Sequence record: OQ708376.1
Reading direction: 5' to 3' (one strand)
DNA: 64,000 nt
A model generated the notes under the pieces. It saw only the letters and a program-made list of their open reading frames with translations, made no database searches and had not been told where the DNA came from. Position numbers and translations under genes: made by a program. Numbering within the stretch: the first letter of the stretch is position 1; each line of letters begins with the position of its first letter. Below are positions 1 to 9,546 of the stretch, in pieces.

Positions 1-2
1 TT

Positions 3-1820
3 TAACGAAGCGGATAAAGTTGTTTCATTGTTAGTTGCTTCAGTTGGCATTGTGAACACTTCACCATAACGGTGACCAACACCATCAGTACCGCCATCGT
101 TTTCTTCATAAGTGGTTACATAATCCTCAATATATTGAGGTAAAACATTGACTTGATAGTTATTATAACGGTCTTGTTCTTCTGCGTTACCAACCTGCAT
201 TTGATTTTTTGCTAAAGTTTCAACTTCAGTTAACAATTGTTGTTGGGCTTGTGTTAACATCCCTCCTAAATCACGAGTTACACGTAAATCACTTGTTTTT
301 GCCCATGCGTCTGGTATACTATTGTATTGTACACCTTGAATATTGAGTTCTTGGGATGTATGTGTACCTGCATGGTTCGCTACATCTTGTATCGGACCAG
401 GGTTACGTGTAGTGGCTACGAAAAATTGCTGATCAAATTTCAAATCCAAATCAAGTATCTCACTATTAAGCCCACTAAATTGATAATTATAAGTTTTCAT
501 GTTTATTTTTGGTTTTTGATCATTAGGATCTACGTATTTTTCTGCGTTCTCAAAAAAGTACTCAAATGTGAAATTTTCAGGTTGTAAATCCGATTCATGA
601 ACAATATCACCTATTTTAAATCTAACAATATAAAAAATTACTTTATAAACAGAAGTATTACGATAATTATCAAAACCAACGTATTGTTTAACTGGTATAA
701 TGTTTACAAATTGACGCACACTAGTACTATCATCGGCTTGTACAGTACATGTATCAATAACGTCATCAATAATTCGAGATATAGGAGTACTTGGGTTCCA
801 TGAAAAGTTTTTAGAACCTTGTGCACCACTTTTAGTTGTTCCGGCCTCTGCCATTTGTTTAGAATCATAGTTTATAAACAAATCTTGCAAATCAGGTGCT
901 ACTTTAAATTCGAAAAATTTACCTTCGGATAATTCACCAAATTTATATCTAAGATAACCATATTGTTGGTCAGCCATCTGATTTAATTTATCTTCTAAAT
1001 CAAAGCAGAAGTCACCAAAGTTTTCAGCAGTACAATTGAATGGTTCTTTTAAGGTCCATTCAATGTTATCAACTAAAGCTGCTCTATTATGAACTAAGTT
1101 CATAGTATACATCATAGTACTACCACTTTGTGAAGCACTTGCAGTAACACTATTAATTTTAACTGACCAGCGTCTTGTTGTTTCTGGGATAATTTCAGGT
1201 ATTCCATTTTTATTAAAGCCAATAAACTTTAATTCCAAGATCAATGGCAAGTCCATAAATTTATGATATCTAAGTTTGTTACTTAACGAAATTAATTCAT
1301 CATATAGACTCATACTATTATTTTCAGACATATTAAGTACTGCTGTATTAAAACAATAGTTTGTTGTCATTCCTGGTGTTGAAGGTCCAGCTTGTGTCAT
1401 TTGTACACTAGTGATATTATATTTGCCAGTAACACCACTTTCTGATATCACATGTCGTTGCACTTCTGCATCTGGGTAAAGCCAAAAGTTTTTAAAATCA
1501 TCTTTATCTAAGGCAAATAAACAAAAGTGCCAAGTTGGGTTATCATATTTCAATAATTTATTGTCATACGGTATTACAAACTGACTTAAATCGAGATCTT
1601 CATAAACTTGATCAACACTAGCACTTTGTTTTGGTAATGATACTACATTACTTACATTTGCTTTGTAATTATTTTTTGTAATAGTTTTTACATCATTTTG
1701 TAATGTATTTGCTGTAGCTTTCAAACTATCAAGTGCATTAGATGTGGTGGTTTTAGCCTTACCAGTAATACTTGTAATATCATTTTGAAAATTATCAACT
1801 GTACTTCGTAAATCTGCCAT
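3..1820 (-). CDS. Probable baseplate hub/structural protein, 3'-truncated by the window edge (not in ORF track)
   Basis: GGAG SD then ATG at 1820 (MADLRSTVDNFQND...). Frame checked open at both ends, through base 3. Product inferred only from its position after gp53-like and tail-tube-like genes. Confidence 0.55.
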   Translation of the reverse strand, partial: MADLRSTVDNFQNDITSITGKAKTTTSNALDSLKATANTLQNDVKTITKNNYKANVSNVVSLPKQSASVDQVYEDLDLSQFVIPYDNKLLKYDNPTWHFCLFALDKDDFKNFWLYPDAEVQRHVISESGVTGKYNITSVQMTQAGPSTPGMTTNYCFNTAVLNMSENNSMSLYDELISLSNKLRYHKFMDLPLILELKFIGFNKNGIPEIIPETTRRWSVKINSVTASASQSGSTMMYTMNLVHNRAALVDNIEWTLKEPFNCTAENFGDFCFDLEDKLNQMADQQYGYLRYKFGELSEGKFFEFKVAPDLQDLFINYDSKQMAEAGTTKSGAQGSKNFSWNPSTPISRIIDDVIDTCTVQADDSTSVRQFVNIIPVKQYVGFDNYRNTSVYKVIFYIVRFKIGDIVHESDLQPENFTFEYFFENAEKYVDPNDQKPKINMKTYNYQFSGLNSEILDLDLKFDQQFFVATTRNPGPIQDVANHAGTHTSQELNIQGVQYNSIPDAWAKTSDLRVTRDLGGMLTQAQQQLLTEVETLAKNQMQVGNAEEQDRYNNYQVNVLPQYIEDYVTTYEENDGGTDGVGHRYGEVFTMPTEATNNETTLSASL

Positions 1821-1831
1821 ACGTTACTCCA

Positions 1832-2146
1832 TTAGCCTATGTTTCGAGTACCATTAAGATAATTCTGTACTCTTTGATTTGCTGGTATTCTAATTGTTAC
1901 TCCACTTTTAAAATTATATATAGGATCTTCTCCTAGTATGTCTGGATTTAACAATGCGAAAATATAATATAAGCGTTCATTACCATACATTTCGTATGCT
2001 AAACGCCAAGGTTGATATTCATATTTCAATGGGATCTCATAAAAATCATCAGTATCAGCCGGAACAATATCACGTGGTAAATTATACCCAAGATACCATG
2101 TTTGTTTCACCTTAGCGTAAGGTGAGTATTGACTATAGTTGGACAT
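1832..2146 (-). CDS. Baseplate wedge protein, T4 gp53-like/LysM-like
   Basis: YEYQPWRLAYEMYGNERLYYIFALLNP...GVTIRIP fits the gp53/LysM pattern; baseplate context. Confidence 0.7.
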   Translation of the reverse strand: MSNYSQYSPYAKVKQTWYLGYNLPRDIVPADTDDFYEIPLKYEYQPWRLAYEMYGNERLYYIFALLNPDILGEDPIYNFKSGVTIRIPANQRVQNYLNGTRNIG

Positions 2147-2877
2147 TAAATGAATCCTCCTTTACGTAATAGTTCACCACGTTTGAATGCATTGAGGTTG
2201 AACGTTTTAGTCATATAATCCGATGTTGGCTGTTCTTCAAGTTGTAACATAACTGAGATTTTTTGTGGAACCCAAACTTCATCTTGTGGGTTCATATATC
2301 CAGTACTTCTAAGTTGTTCGAAGAATTTTCTACTATCCATGTCGGATAAATTAAAAGTACTATCGCTACTATTCAACGGAACTTGAATATAAGAAACATC
2401 ATTTGGGTAAGTAAAATTATAAGATTTTAAAATAACAGGAATATCATTATATGTATAACGACCATATCCACTTAGAAGTAAGATTGGTGGTGGTGCACCT
2501 GCAATTGCGAGTTCGGGGTTATTAGCCGAAGCAGCTTGTCTACCAAAATCCATCAACGAAACAGAACGTATAAAATGAACACATGCCAACGCATACATAG
2601 CTTCTGCTGCTGTATTCGCATAAAATTCACCCTGAATCGTGAAAACTGTATTAGTAGTGTTCTTATAGTTGTTATAGTTACTGTTAGTATGTATAGGGGA
2701 CTGTGTTTCATACTGAATTGACCTTTGTTCAGTAATTGTTGGTGTTACAGTCCAAACCAACCCATTAGTTGGACGCAGAAACGAAAGTAGAGTTGGTTCG
2801 GAGCTATCTCCAAAATCACCATATACATAGTTAGCACCTGCGGCTTTAGGTCGTAATCGAATTCTACGATCAATCAT
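2146..2877 (-). CDS. Tail-tube-fold baseplate protein (tube initiator-like)
   Basis: Start moved to ATG 2877 (GGAG SD; late promoter 2913-2920). PTITEQRSIQY...FTIQGEF...PPPILLLSGYG...PVILKSYNFTYP is typical of tube-initiator proteins. Confidence 0.55.
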   Translation of the reverse strand: MIDRRIRLRPKAAGANYVYGDFGDSSEPTLLSFLRPTNGLVWTVTPTITEQRSIQYETQSPIHTNSNYNNYKNTTNTVFTIQGEFYANTAAEAMYALACVHFIRSVSLMDFGRQAASANNPELAIAGAPPPILLLSGYGRYTYNDIPVILKSYNFTYPNDVSYIQVPLNSSDSTFNLSDMDSRKFFEQLRSTGYMNPQDEVWVPQKISVMLQLEEQPTSDYMTKTFNLNAFKRGELLRKGGFI

Positions 2878-2912
2878 CTTTTTGATTCTCCATAATAAGG
2901 GAACATTTGATG

Positions 2913-2920
2913 TATTTATA
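2913..2920 (-). promoter_or_regulatory. T4-type late promoter TATAAATA
   Basis: Exact T4 late consensus upstream of the baseplate operon. Confidence 0.7.
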
Positions 2921-2922
2921 CG

Positions 2923-2951
2923 TGGGACAAACTGCTTTTTGGTGCTATAAT
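2923..2951 (+). promoter_or_regulatory. Phage-specific promoter TGGGACA-N16-TATAAT (extended -10)
   Basis: One of about 11 copies with identical spacing; precedes the sigma factor gene. Confidence 0.7.
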
Positions 2952-3008
2952 AACATTGATGGTACAAGGATTGTACCTATTGGATTTAAACATGGAGAGT
3001 AAAATACA

Positions 3009-3848
3009 ATGACAAATAGACCAAAGCGTAAAAAGTATCTCAATAATGCTGATTTACTTCGTGAAATACAAAAAAGTAAAATTTCATATTGCTGGTTATT
3101 AGACAAATCATATAGTATGTATGATTATATTGTTTTTCATGAGTCAGAAATTACTGCTGAGTTACTAGAAAAAGCTAAGGCAGCACGAATTAAACGACTG
3201 AACAATGAAATGCTTGATAGTATTCGTGAAAAGGAAAATATGAGTGCTAAAAAAGCTAAAGAATATGCAGATGAACACAATTTAGTTATCACTGACGTTC
3301 CAATTGATGAAGTTGTTATTCGTGTTATTACAGATGAACATATTCCACCAGATACTAGAGTTAACTTTGAACCATTCAAGCATTATATTGTAGATAATGA
3401 AGGTATTCTCTATGAAGTTTGTCGTTCTCACTGGAAAGGCGACCTTGAAACTGGTGAATTCAGTACTGTTCATGGTAAAATTACAAATGAACTAGGGAAG
3501 ATGTTCATTAAACTTGCTGAGGAAATCTCTCATAAATCTAATTACAGAAACTATACATACTTAGATGAAATGATGGGTGATGCAAGAATACAATTAGTTA
3601 AAAACGCACTTCTCTTTAAAGAGAGCATTCTTTATAAAAAAGATAAACCAGCAGTTCAGCTAAATCCTTTCTCTTACTATACATCATTCGTAAACAATAG
3701 TTTTCGTTCTATATTGAATAGTGAGAAAAATGTTCGAAATATACGTGATGATTTACTTGAAATGCATGGCTTTACGCCATCACATACACGTCAAATTGAA
3801 ATTGAATTGAACATGATTGAAAGGAAAAATGAAGATGGCTCTGTTTGA
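3009..3848 (+). CDS. gp55: Late-transcription sigma factor, T4 gp55-like
   Basis: YLNNADLL, YTYLDEMMGDA and NPFSYYTSFVNNSF motifs. Confidence 0.85.
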   Translation: MTNRPKRKKYLNNADLLREIQKSKISYCWLLDKSYSMYDYIVFHESEITAELLEKAKAARIKRLNNEMLDSIREKENMSAKKAKEYADEHNLVITDVPIDEVVIRVITDEHIPPDTRVNFEPFKHYIVDNEGILYEVCRSHWKGDLETGEFSTVHGKITNELGKMFIKLAEEISHKSNYRNYTYLDEMMGDARIQLVKNALLFKESILYKKDKPAVQLNPFSYYTSFVNNSFRSILNSEKNVRNIRDDLLEMHGFTPSHTRQIEIELNMIERKNEDGSV

Positions 3849-4866
3849 TAAAGCAATTACATTCACTGATATTCACTTAGGTTTAAAGAATAACAGCAAG
3901 CAACACAATGAAGATTGTTTAAACTTCATTAAATTCATGATTGATGTAGCTAAAAAAAATAATATCAAAGTTTGTGTTTTTATGGGAGATTATTTTCATA
4001 ATAGAAGTAATATCAATATTCAAACACTAAACTATGGTTTACAAATTCTTCAATTATTAAATGATAATTTTGAAAAAGTATATTTTTTAGTCGGCAACCA
4101 TGATATGTATCATAAAAACAAACGTGATATAACAAGTATCAATATGGCTCAAGTTTATGAAAATATAGAATTCATTAATGAAATTACAACCTTTGATGAT
4201 TGTACTTTCATTCCATTTATGATTGAAGATGAATATAAGTTGTTACCTCAACTAAAAAGTAAGTATGTTTTTGGTCACTTAGAGTTACCAGGTTACTTGC
4301 TTAACAAGATGGTAGAAATGCCCGATCATGGAAAAGAAACAGAAGGTTCTTTTGGTGGATGTGAGTATGTTTTTAGTGGACATTTTCATAAACGACAGTC
4401 AAAAACAACTTCAAAAGGAACTCGTGTAGTTTATACTGGTAATTGTTTTCCACATAATTTTTCCGATACATGGGATGATGCAAGAGGTGTGATGATTCTT
4501 GAACATGGAAAAGAACCTATTTTCAAGTCATGGGATAATGCACCAAAATATAGAACATTCACACTTTCTGAATTGTTGACTGATCCAAGCTATTATCTAC
4601 AAGATAACACAATATCAAAAGTTCAAGTTGATATATCAATAACAACTGATGAGATTAGTTTTATTCGTGATACATTTACTAAACTTTATAACATTAGGGA
4701 GTTTAATGTTGTAACTAGCAAGCAAAGTATTTCAGAATTAATCGAAGATGGTGTTAGTTTTGAAAGTACTGAATCAGTTGATGAGATAGTTTTACAGCAA
4801 ATTATGGAAATTGATTCACCAATGTTTGATAAAAATCTTCTAATCCAAATTTACAGATCGTTATAA
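3835..4866 (+). CDS. gp47: Recombination endonuclease, Mre11/SbcD-like
   Basis: Metallophosphoesterase motifs TDIHLG, GDYFH, GNHD, GHL, SGHFH. Confidence 0.92.
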   Translation: MALFDKAITFTDIHLGLKNNSKQHNEDCLNFIKFMIDVAKKNNIKVCVFMGDYFHNRSNINIQTLNYGLQILQLLNDNFEKVYFLVGNHDMYHKNKRDITSINMAQVYENIEFINEITTFDDCTFIPFMIEDEYKLLPQLKSKYVFGHLELPGYLLNKMVEMPDHGKETEGSFGGCEYVFSGHFHKRQSKTTSKGTRVVYTGNCFPHNFSDTWDDARGVMILEHGKEPIFKSWDNAPKYRTFTLSELLTDPSYYLQDNTISKVQVDISITTDEISFIRDTFTKLYNIREFNVVTSKQSISELIEDGVSFESTESVDEIVLQQIMEIDSPMFDKNLLIQIYRSL

Positions 4867-4874
4867 GGGACTAT

Positions 4875-7022
4875 ATGCTAAACATTACACGTATATCTAT
4901 GAGGAACTTCTTTTCATTTGGTAATGCACCACAATCAATTGATTTGAATGGTTCCGACATTTCATTAGTACTGGGTCAAAATAATGATGCAGTTATTGAA
5001 GGTGGTGACAGTACCGGACGTCGAAATGGTGTAGGGAAAAGTGCTATTATTCAAGGATTAGTTTTTGGATTATTTGGTAAAAGTATTGGTAATGATATTA
5101 AAATTCCGAACCTAGTCAATAAAACTAATGGCAAAAATTGTGAAGTAGTTGTAGAGTTTGAAAAAGATGGTGTACAATATCTGGTTGAACGTGGGAGAAG
5201 TCCCACGTATTTCAATTTTGTTACTTTAGGTAAAGATAATAAAATTGAAGATGAATCAAGGGGAGAAAAGAAAGACACACAAGAAGATTTGAATGAAATT
5301 CTTGGTATATCTCAATTATTATTTGAACATATTGTAGTACTGAATGCTAACGTTGAACCTTTCTTAGCTTTATCCACACAAAAACAACGTGATATGATAG
5401 AAGAACTTCTTGGAATAACACAGTTGACGGAAAAAGCTGAAATGCTAAAGGAGATGTATAAGGATACTAAACGTTTAGCCGAACAAGAAAAGTTCAAAAA
5501 TGAAACTGTAGCTGCAAGTAATGAACGTATTCAAAAAAGTATTGAGACACTACAAGAACAGGCAAACCAGTTTGAAATTGATAAAAATAATAGAGTATCT
5601 AAGTTAAATGAAGAGTTGAATATATATAAAACTTTAGACTTTAATGACCTCTATGAAGCTGCTGATATAAAAGAGAAAGCTCTTATTCATAACGCAAAGC
5701 GTGGGGAAATCGAACGCCGTGTACAAGAGTTGGCTTTAAAATTTGATGCATATGACCGTGAACTTGAAAGATCTAAAAGAGCATTAAATCTAAGCATTGA
5801 TAAGCTAAAAACTATTGATATTAGTGCAGAATTGGAAAATCATAATGAGTTGGAGATATGGAAACAGTTAGAGGGTATTCTAAAAGAGAATAATAACCAA
5901 AAACGTTTCAAAGAACAAAAACTAAACTCACTAAAAATAGCTTTAAAAGGATATGAATGTTCAATTAATGCTGAAATTGACAAATTATCAACAGTTGAAA
6001 ACAGCAAATGTCCACTTTGTATGTCTGAATTAGAACATAACGAACATACTTCTTCAATTAAAGACAAAATCCAAAGTACTATTAATGATCTTCAAGCTAA
6101 AATTGATAGTTCTTCTTCTGAAATTGAAACATTACTTCAAGAAATTGATAGTATTGAGATTTTTGATATGCCACCTAAGCCCGTGACATATTATAATACA
6201 CTTTCAGAAGCACAAATGCATGAACATAAGCTTCAAGAATTGGTCAGAAAGAGTGAAGAAGAACAAATAAACATCTATGCAAATGAACTTATGTCATCAT
6301 ATGATGAACTTAACTCATATGAACTAATGGAAGTTCCAGATACATTAAACAAATATGAAGTTAAAGAGTTAGAAATGACTGTAAATTCATTATCACAGCA
6401 ATTAGATCGTGAATTGAAGACTACTAACACATTTATTAGCCAAATTAATACCCTGAAGACTGATTCTTTAGTACCAATTGATTATAGCGACTATAATAAT
6501 CTTGATAAAATGTCAAATCACCAAGATTTCTTGGTTAAATTACTTTTAAACAAGGATTCTTATGTCCGTAAACGTATTATTGAGCAAAATATATCATATT
6601 TGAATACACGACTTCAGTACTATATCGATATGTGCGGTTCTGAGCATAATGTTGTGTTTTTGAATGATTTGAGTGTTGAAATTGAGAAGAGTGGACAGTA
6701 CTTTGACTATAAACAGCTTAGTAGAGGTGAGCGTACAAGGGTAAACATCGCATTATCTTGTGCTTTCCGTGATACATATGAGTCATTATACCAAAGTATT
6801 AATATTCTTATCATTGATGAGATGATTGACCAAGGTCTTGACTCAAGTGGTGTTCTACGTGTGTGGTCTATCTTCCAAGATATGGCTGCTGTACGTGGTA
6901 AGAACGTTTATGCTATTTCCCACAGAGAAGAGTTACTATCTAAGACTGAAAAAATCCTCAAAGTTGTTAAAGAGGACGGTTTCAGTACTGTTGAATATGC
7001 AACCCTTGACGATGTTTTCTAA
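4875..7022 (+). CDS. gp46: Recombination ATPase, Rad50/SbcC-like
   Basis: Walker A NGVGKS, coiled coil with CPLC zinc hook, LSRGE signature, Walker B ILIIDE, ISH. Confidence 0.93.
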   Translation: MLNITRISMRNFFSFGNAPQSIDLNGSDISLVLGQNNDAVIEGGDSTGRRNGVGKSAIIQGLVFGLFGKSIGNDIKIPNLVNKTNGKNCEVVVEFEKDGVQYLVERGRSPTYFNFVTLGKDNKIEDESRGEKKDTQEDLNEILGISQLLFEHIVVLNANVEPFLALSTQKQRDMIEELLGITQLTEKAEMLKEMYKDTKRLAEQEKFKNETVAASNERIQKSIETLQEQANQFEIDKNNRVSKLNEELNIYKTLDFNDLYEAADIKEKALIHNAKRGEIERRVQELALKFDAYDRELERSKRALNLSIDKLKTIDISAELENHNELEIWKQLEGILKENNNQKRFKEQKLNSLKIALKGYECSINAEIDKLSTVENSKCPLCMSELEHNEHTSSIKDKIQSTINDLQAKIDSSSSEIETLLQEIDSIEIFDMPPKPVTYYNTLSEAQMHEHKLQELVRKSEEEQINIYANELMSSYDELNSYELMEVPDTLNKYEVKELEMTVNSLSQQLDRELKTTNTFISQINTLKTDSLVPIDYSDYNNLDKMSNHQDFLVKLLLNKDSYVRKRIIEQNISYLNTRLQYYIDMCGSEHNVVFLNDLSVEIEKSGQYFDYKQLSRGERTRVNIALSCAFRDTYESLYQSINILIIDEMIDQGLDSSGVLRVWSIFQDMAAVRGKNVYAISHREELLSKTEKILKVVKEDGFSTVEYATLDDVF

Positions 7023-7030
7023 TTAAAGAT

Positions 7031-7056
7031 AAAGGGAGCCTTAGCTCCCTTTTTTT
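7031..7056. terminator. Bidirectional intrinsic terminator
   Basis: AGGGAGC-ctta-GCTCCCT with A and T tracts, between convergent genes. Confidence 0.8.
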
Positions 7057-7532
7057 ATATCAACCATATTTAATTTACCGTCCTTAATCAGCTTTCTAGC
7101 TTGCTTTACACGAGCAGTAGTGTTACTACCAGGGACAACTCCTAACCCTTCCAGAATCGCGTTTTGCTGTGTTGCTGGAAGCCTTTTAAACTTATTAACA
7201 TCCACAGTTAGTGCAGTGTGATGTATAACTTGTTCATCGTCAGGAATGCTGTTATTACGCTCTAAGTAATCAGCAAGATTTCTGAGTACCTCATATAATG
7301 GTTTATCAGTTAAGTGCTTCATATATCGATTGAAGCTGTTTTGTACCTTTCCTTCCCAAGCATTGACTTCATTTTGAAGAACTTGTCTACAATGTTGGTT
7401 ACCATAGTGGTAGTGATCCAGTACTGGTTTAGTTATTGGTTCTTTAATTATAGGATCTATTCCATTTTGTTTCTTTAGTAATTTGTTTCGATAGTTTGCA
7501 GCATCCTTACTATCTTTTAATCTTTTTTTCAT
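7041..7532 (-). CDS. gp49: Recombination endonuclease VII (Holliday junction resolvase)-like
   Basis: PVLDHYH...CRQVLQNEVNAWEGK matches the Endo VII LDHDH...RGLL...CN..EGK core; TATAAATA at 7563-7570 upstream. Confidence 0.75.
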   Translation of the reverse strand: MKKRLKDSKDAANYRNKLLKKQNGIDPIIKEPITKPVLDHYHYGNQHCRQVLQNEVNAWEGKVQNSFNRYMKHLTDKPLYEVLRNLADYLERNNSIPDDEQVIHHTALTVDVNKFKRLPATQQNAILEGLGVVPGSNTTARVKQARKLIKDGKLNMVDIKKGS

Positions 7533-7623
7533 AATTCCTCACCAAACTATTTGTTATCAAAATATTTATAGATTAGTTATTTGCAATATTTTAAGTACTT
7601 AATGAATATTTTTATAAAAATAG

Positions 7624-7652
7624 TGAGACAACTTTAAAGTTTGTGCTATAAT
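7624..7652 (+). promoter_or_regulatory. Promoter TGAGACA-N16-TATAAT driving the non-coding region
   Basis: Full match to the recurrent motif, with TGn extended -10. Confidence 0.75.
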
Positions 7653-7658
7653 GTTTGT

Positions 7659-8112
7659 TGTAGTAATGACAATCCTGTTGAATGCAGAAATGCATATAAA
7701 TTAGAACCTGATCCTATCGAAAATGTAGATGGCAGATGAGCAGTTCAACAGTGCGATGAGCAAAAGAAACCCGTTAGATGTGGGCATAGTTTGAACCCCT
7801 CACGGCAATGCGGCTCAATAAAGAACTCCGATAAGCATACAGAGAGTTCCTCGATAGACATATAAGGATCGCACCTTACCAGATTTGCTAAGGGAGTTTA
7901 TTAAGTGATTTTAATAAACAGCCTGAAGTTTGATTGTATAGACTTTCAGGTGAGTGTCAGGATGATTAAGACTGACGACCGTTGCACATGACTGCGATAG
8001 AGAGAAACAGAGCAACCCGCTTTCGTTCTTAATATATTTTTAAGAAATTCGCAATACAATAAATGCTGAAACCATCAGCGTCAAGAAATAGAGACTTCAT
8101 TGTCTCTTTTTT
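7659..8112 (+). ncRNA. Large structured ncRNA of unknown family, with possible RNase P-like core
   Basis: No ORF of 60 aa or more; about 41% GC over 7681-8040 by hand count versus AT-rich flanks; many helices; promoter upstream and terminator at 8090-8112. Confidence 0.7.
8090..8112 (+). terminator. Intrinsic terminator closing the ncRNA
   Basis: AGAGAC-ttcatt-GTCTCT followed by TTTTT. Confidence 0.6.
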
Positions 8113-8329
8113 ATTGTCTTCATTCCCCTGCGGGGGGATGAAAATGTCCTCAACAAATCCCGTCAAGTATTAAATCTTTTAAAGTTCTTTATAATTAATT
8201 TAATTAAATGAATATGAGTTACGTAGTAACGAATATTCTTCAGCTAACGAATGAAATGAGTTAGATGAATCCAATAATATTAAAATTAATCCTTTCATAA
8301 TTCAATTCAAATAATTCTGTAGTTTAAAA

Positions 8330-8359
8330 CCAAAAAAAAAACCAGCAACAATGTGCTGG
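8330..8359 (-). terminator. Intrinsic terminator of the gp26/gp51-like operon
   Basis: CCAGCA/TGCTGG stem next to a long plus-strand A run (U tract on minus). Confidence 0.6.
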
Positions 8360-8370
8360 CTATATGAAAA

Positions 8371-8580
8371 TTAGTGCTTCTCGTTTTGTTTTTTAATTTT
8401 TTTATTAAAAGACTTAACTAATAAGTCTCTATCTATTAATGGCATATTAAGGAGTGTTCCATAGTCAATGTTATCCATATATACAGAACATTCCATTAGT
8501 GCATTTTTGATTTCTGACTTATTCAGTTCTATCTCCTTCAGTACTTCTTGTATTTCTTCAGGAGATGACTGGAGAAGCAT
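8371..8580 (-). CDS. Small baseplate hub assembly protein, T4 gp51-like
   Basis: NMPLIDRDLLV resembles the gp51 C-terminal motif; coupled to the gp26-like gene. Confidence 0.45.
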   Translation of the reverse strand: MLLQSSPEEIQEVLKEIELNKSEIKNALMECSVYMDNIDYGTLLNMPLIDRDLLVKSFNKKIKKQNEKH

Positions 8581-9416
8581 TACTCGAAAAAATGACTAGG
8601 ATCATATTTTAGTCCATCAATTTCCCATTGATGATTACATCCATCACATTCTACTTCCATACTATGAGATACACCAATTTCAAGTACTTCATCCATTTTT
8701 TCACGAATTAGTTTAAGTACTCCCTTCGATTGTTGTCCAAGCCATTCATTAATAAATTCTTTTTCAACTACTTCATCACCATCTGGTGTTATAATTTTTG
8801 CAATAACTCCACCAATCATATCGAAGTTAAGTTGAGCCATGTTTTCAAATACTTCAGAAAATATTTTTACTTTTTCATCTTTATCAATATCAGCAGTTTC
8901 AAGAAACTTAGTCTTCTGCTGCTCACTGAACATGCGTTCAGCAAACGATGAATATTCTTTCCATGTCAGTGGTCTAAATTCTAAACGTAGTCCATTATCT
9001 AAATCAATTGATGGGATTTCTTCAAATGCTTGTGCAGTTTCAAGAAGATATGATAGATTACGTTCAAATCGACCTTCTTTTTCACATTCAGGACATACAA
9101 CGTTAATATCATATGTTTCTTCTTTAGAAGCAACTTTAATAGCAATAAGAAGCATTTCAACGTCATTTACATACAACTCATCAGCGTCAATTACATTAGG
9201 AACACAGTTTTCAATAACACGGGATACTGCATCTCCGTTTAGTAACATATCGGGGGTATTAAGTGTCATTTCATCACGTGCACTACGTGCACAAACTCCA
9301 CATTTGACACCTTTTGGACCTAGAACTCCTTCTTTATAAGGAATAACGCCGTTTGTAACTAACTTAGTACTGATCTCTTCAATTTTAGTGTACTTAGCAA
9401 GTGGATTCATAGCCAT
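8580..9416 (-). CDS. Baseplate hub assembly chaperone, T4 gp26-like
   Basis: NPLAKY, EMTLNTPDMLLNG, DVEMLLIAIKVAS, two CxxC pairs; TATAAATA at 9451-9458. Confidence 0.75.
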   Translation of the reverse strand: MAMNPLAKYTKIEEISTKLVTNGVIPYKEGVLGPKGVKCGVCARSARDEMTLNTPDMLLNGDAVSRVIENCVPNVIDADELYVNDVEMLLIAIKVASKEETYDINVVCPECEKEGRFERNLSYLLETAQAFEEIPSIDLDNGLRLEFRPLTWKEYSSFAERMFSEQQKTKFLETADIDKDEKVKIFSEVFENMAQLNFDMIGGVIAKIITPDGDEVVEKEFINEWLGQQSKGVLKLIREKMDEVLEIGVSHSMEVECDGCNHQWEIDGLKYDPSHFFE

Positions 9417-9546
9417 TTTATTAAATCTCCATGTAATAAATGTGTTTTAGTATTTATAAGACTAAAAAAGATTAAATTAAACTAATTTTTATATTCTCTA
9501 TAGTTTCATAAATATTTCTATAATACATCTATTAAAAGGGAATGTT

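Noticed and set aside
7041-8112. Endo VII-like HNH gene plus adjacent RNA as an OMEGA/HEARO-type RNA-guided nuclease
   Set aside because: The gene is a short, ordinary gp49-like resolvase with its own late promoter, transcribed divergently. No RuvC or IscB features and no transposon ends.
7659-8112. ncRNA as a group I or II intron, tmRNA, tRNA cluster or retron msr-msd
   Set aside because: No P7 GACUA/UAGUC pair, no domain V, no tRNA-like T arm or CCA end, no flanking split exon and no reverse transcriptase nearby.
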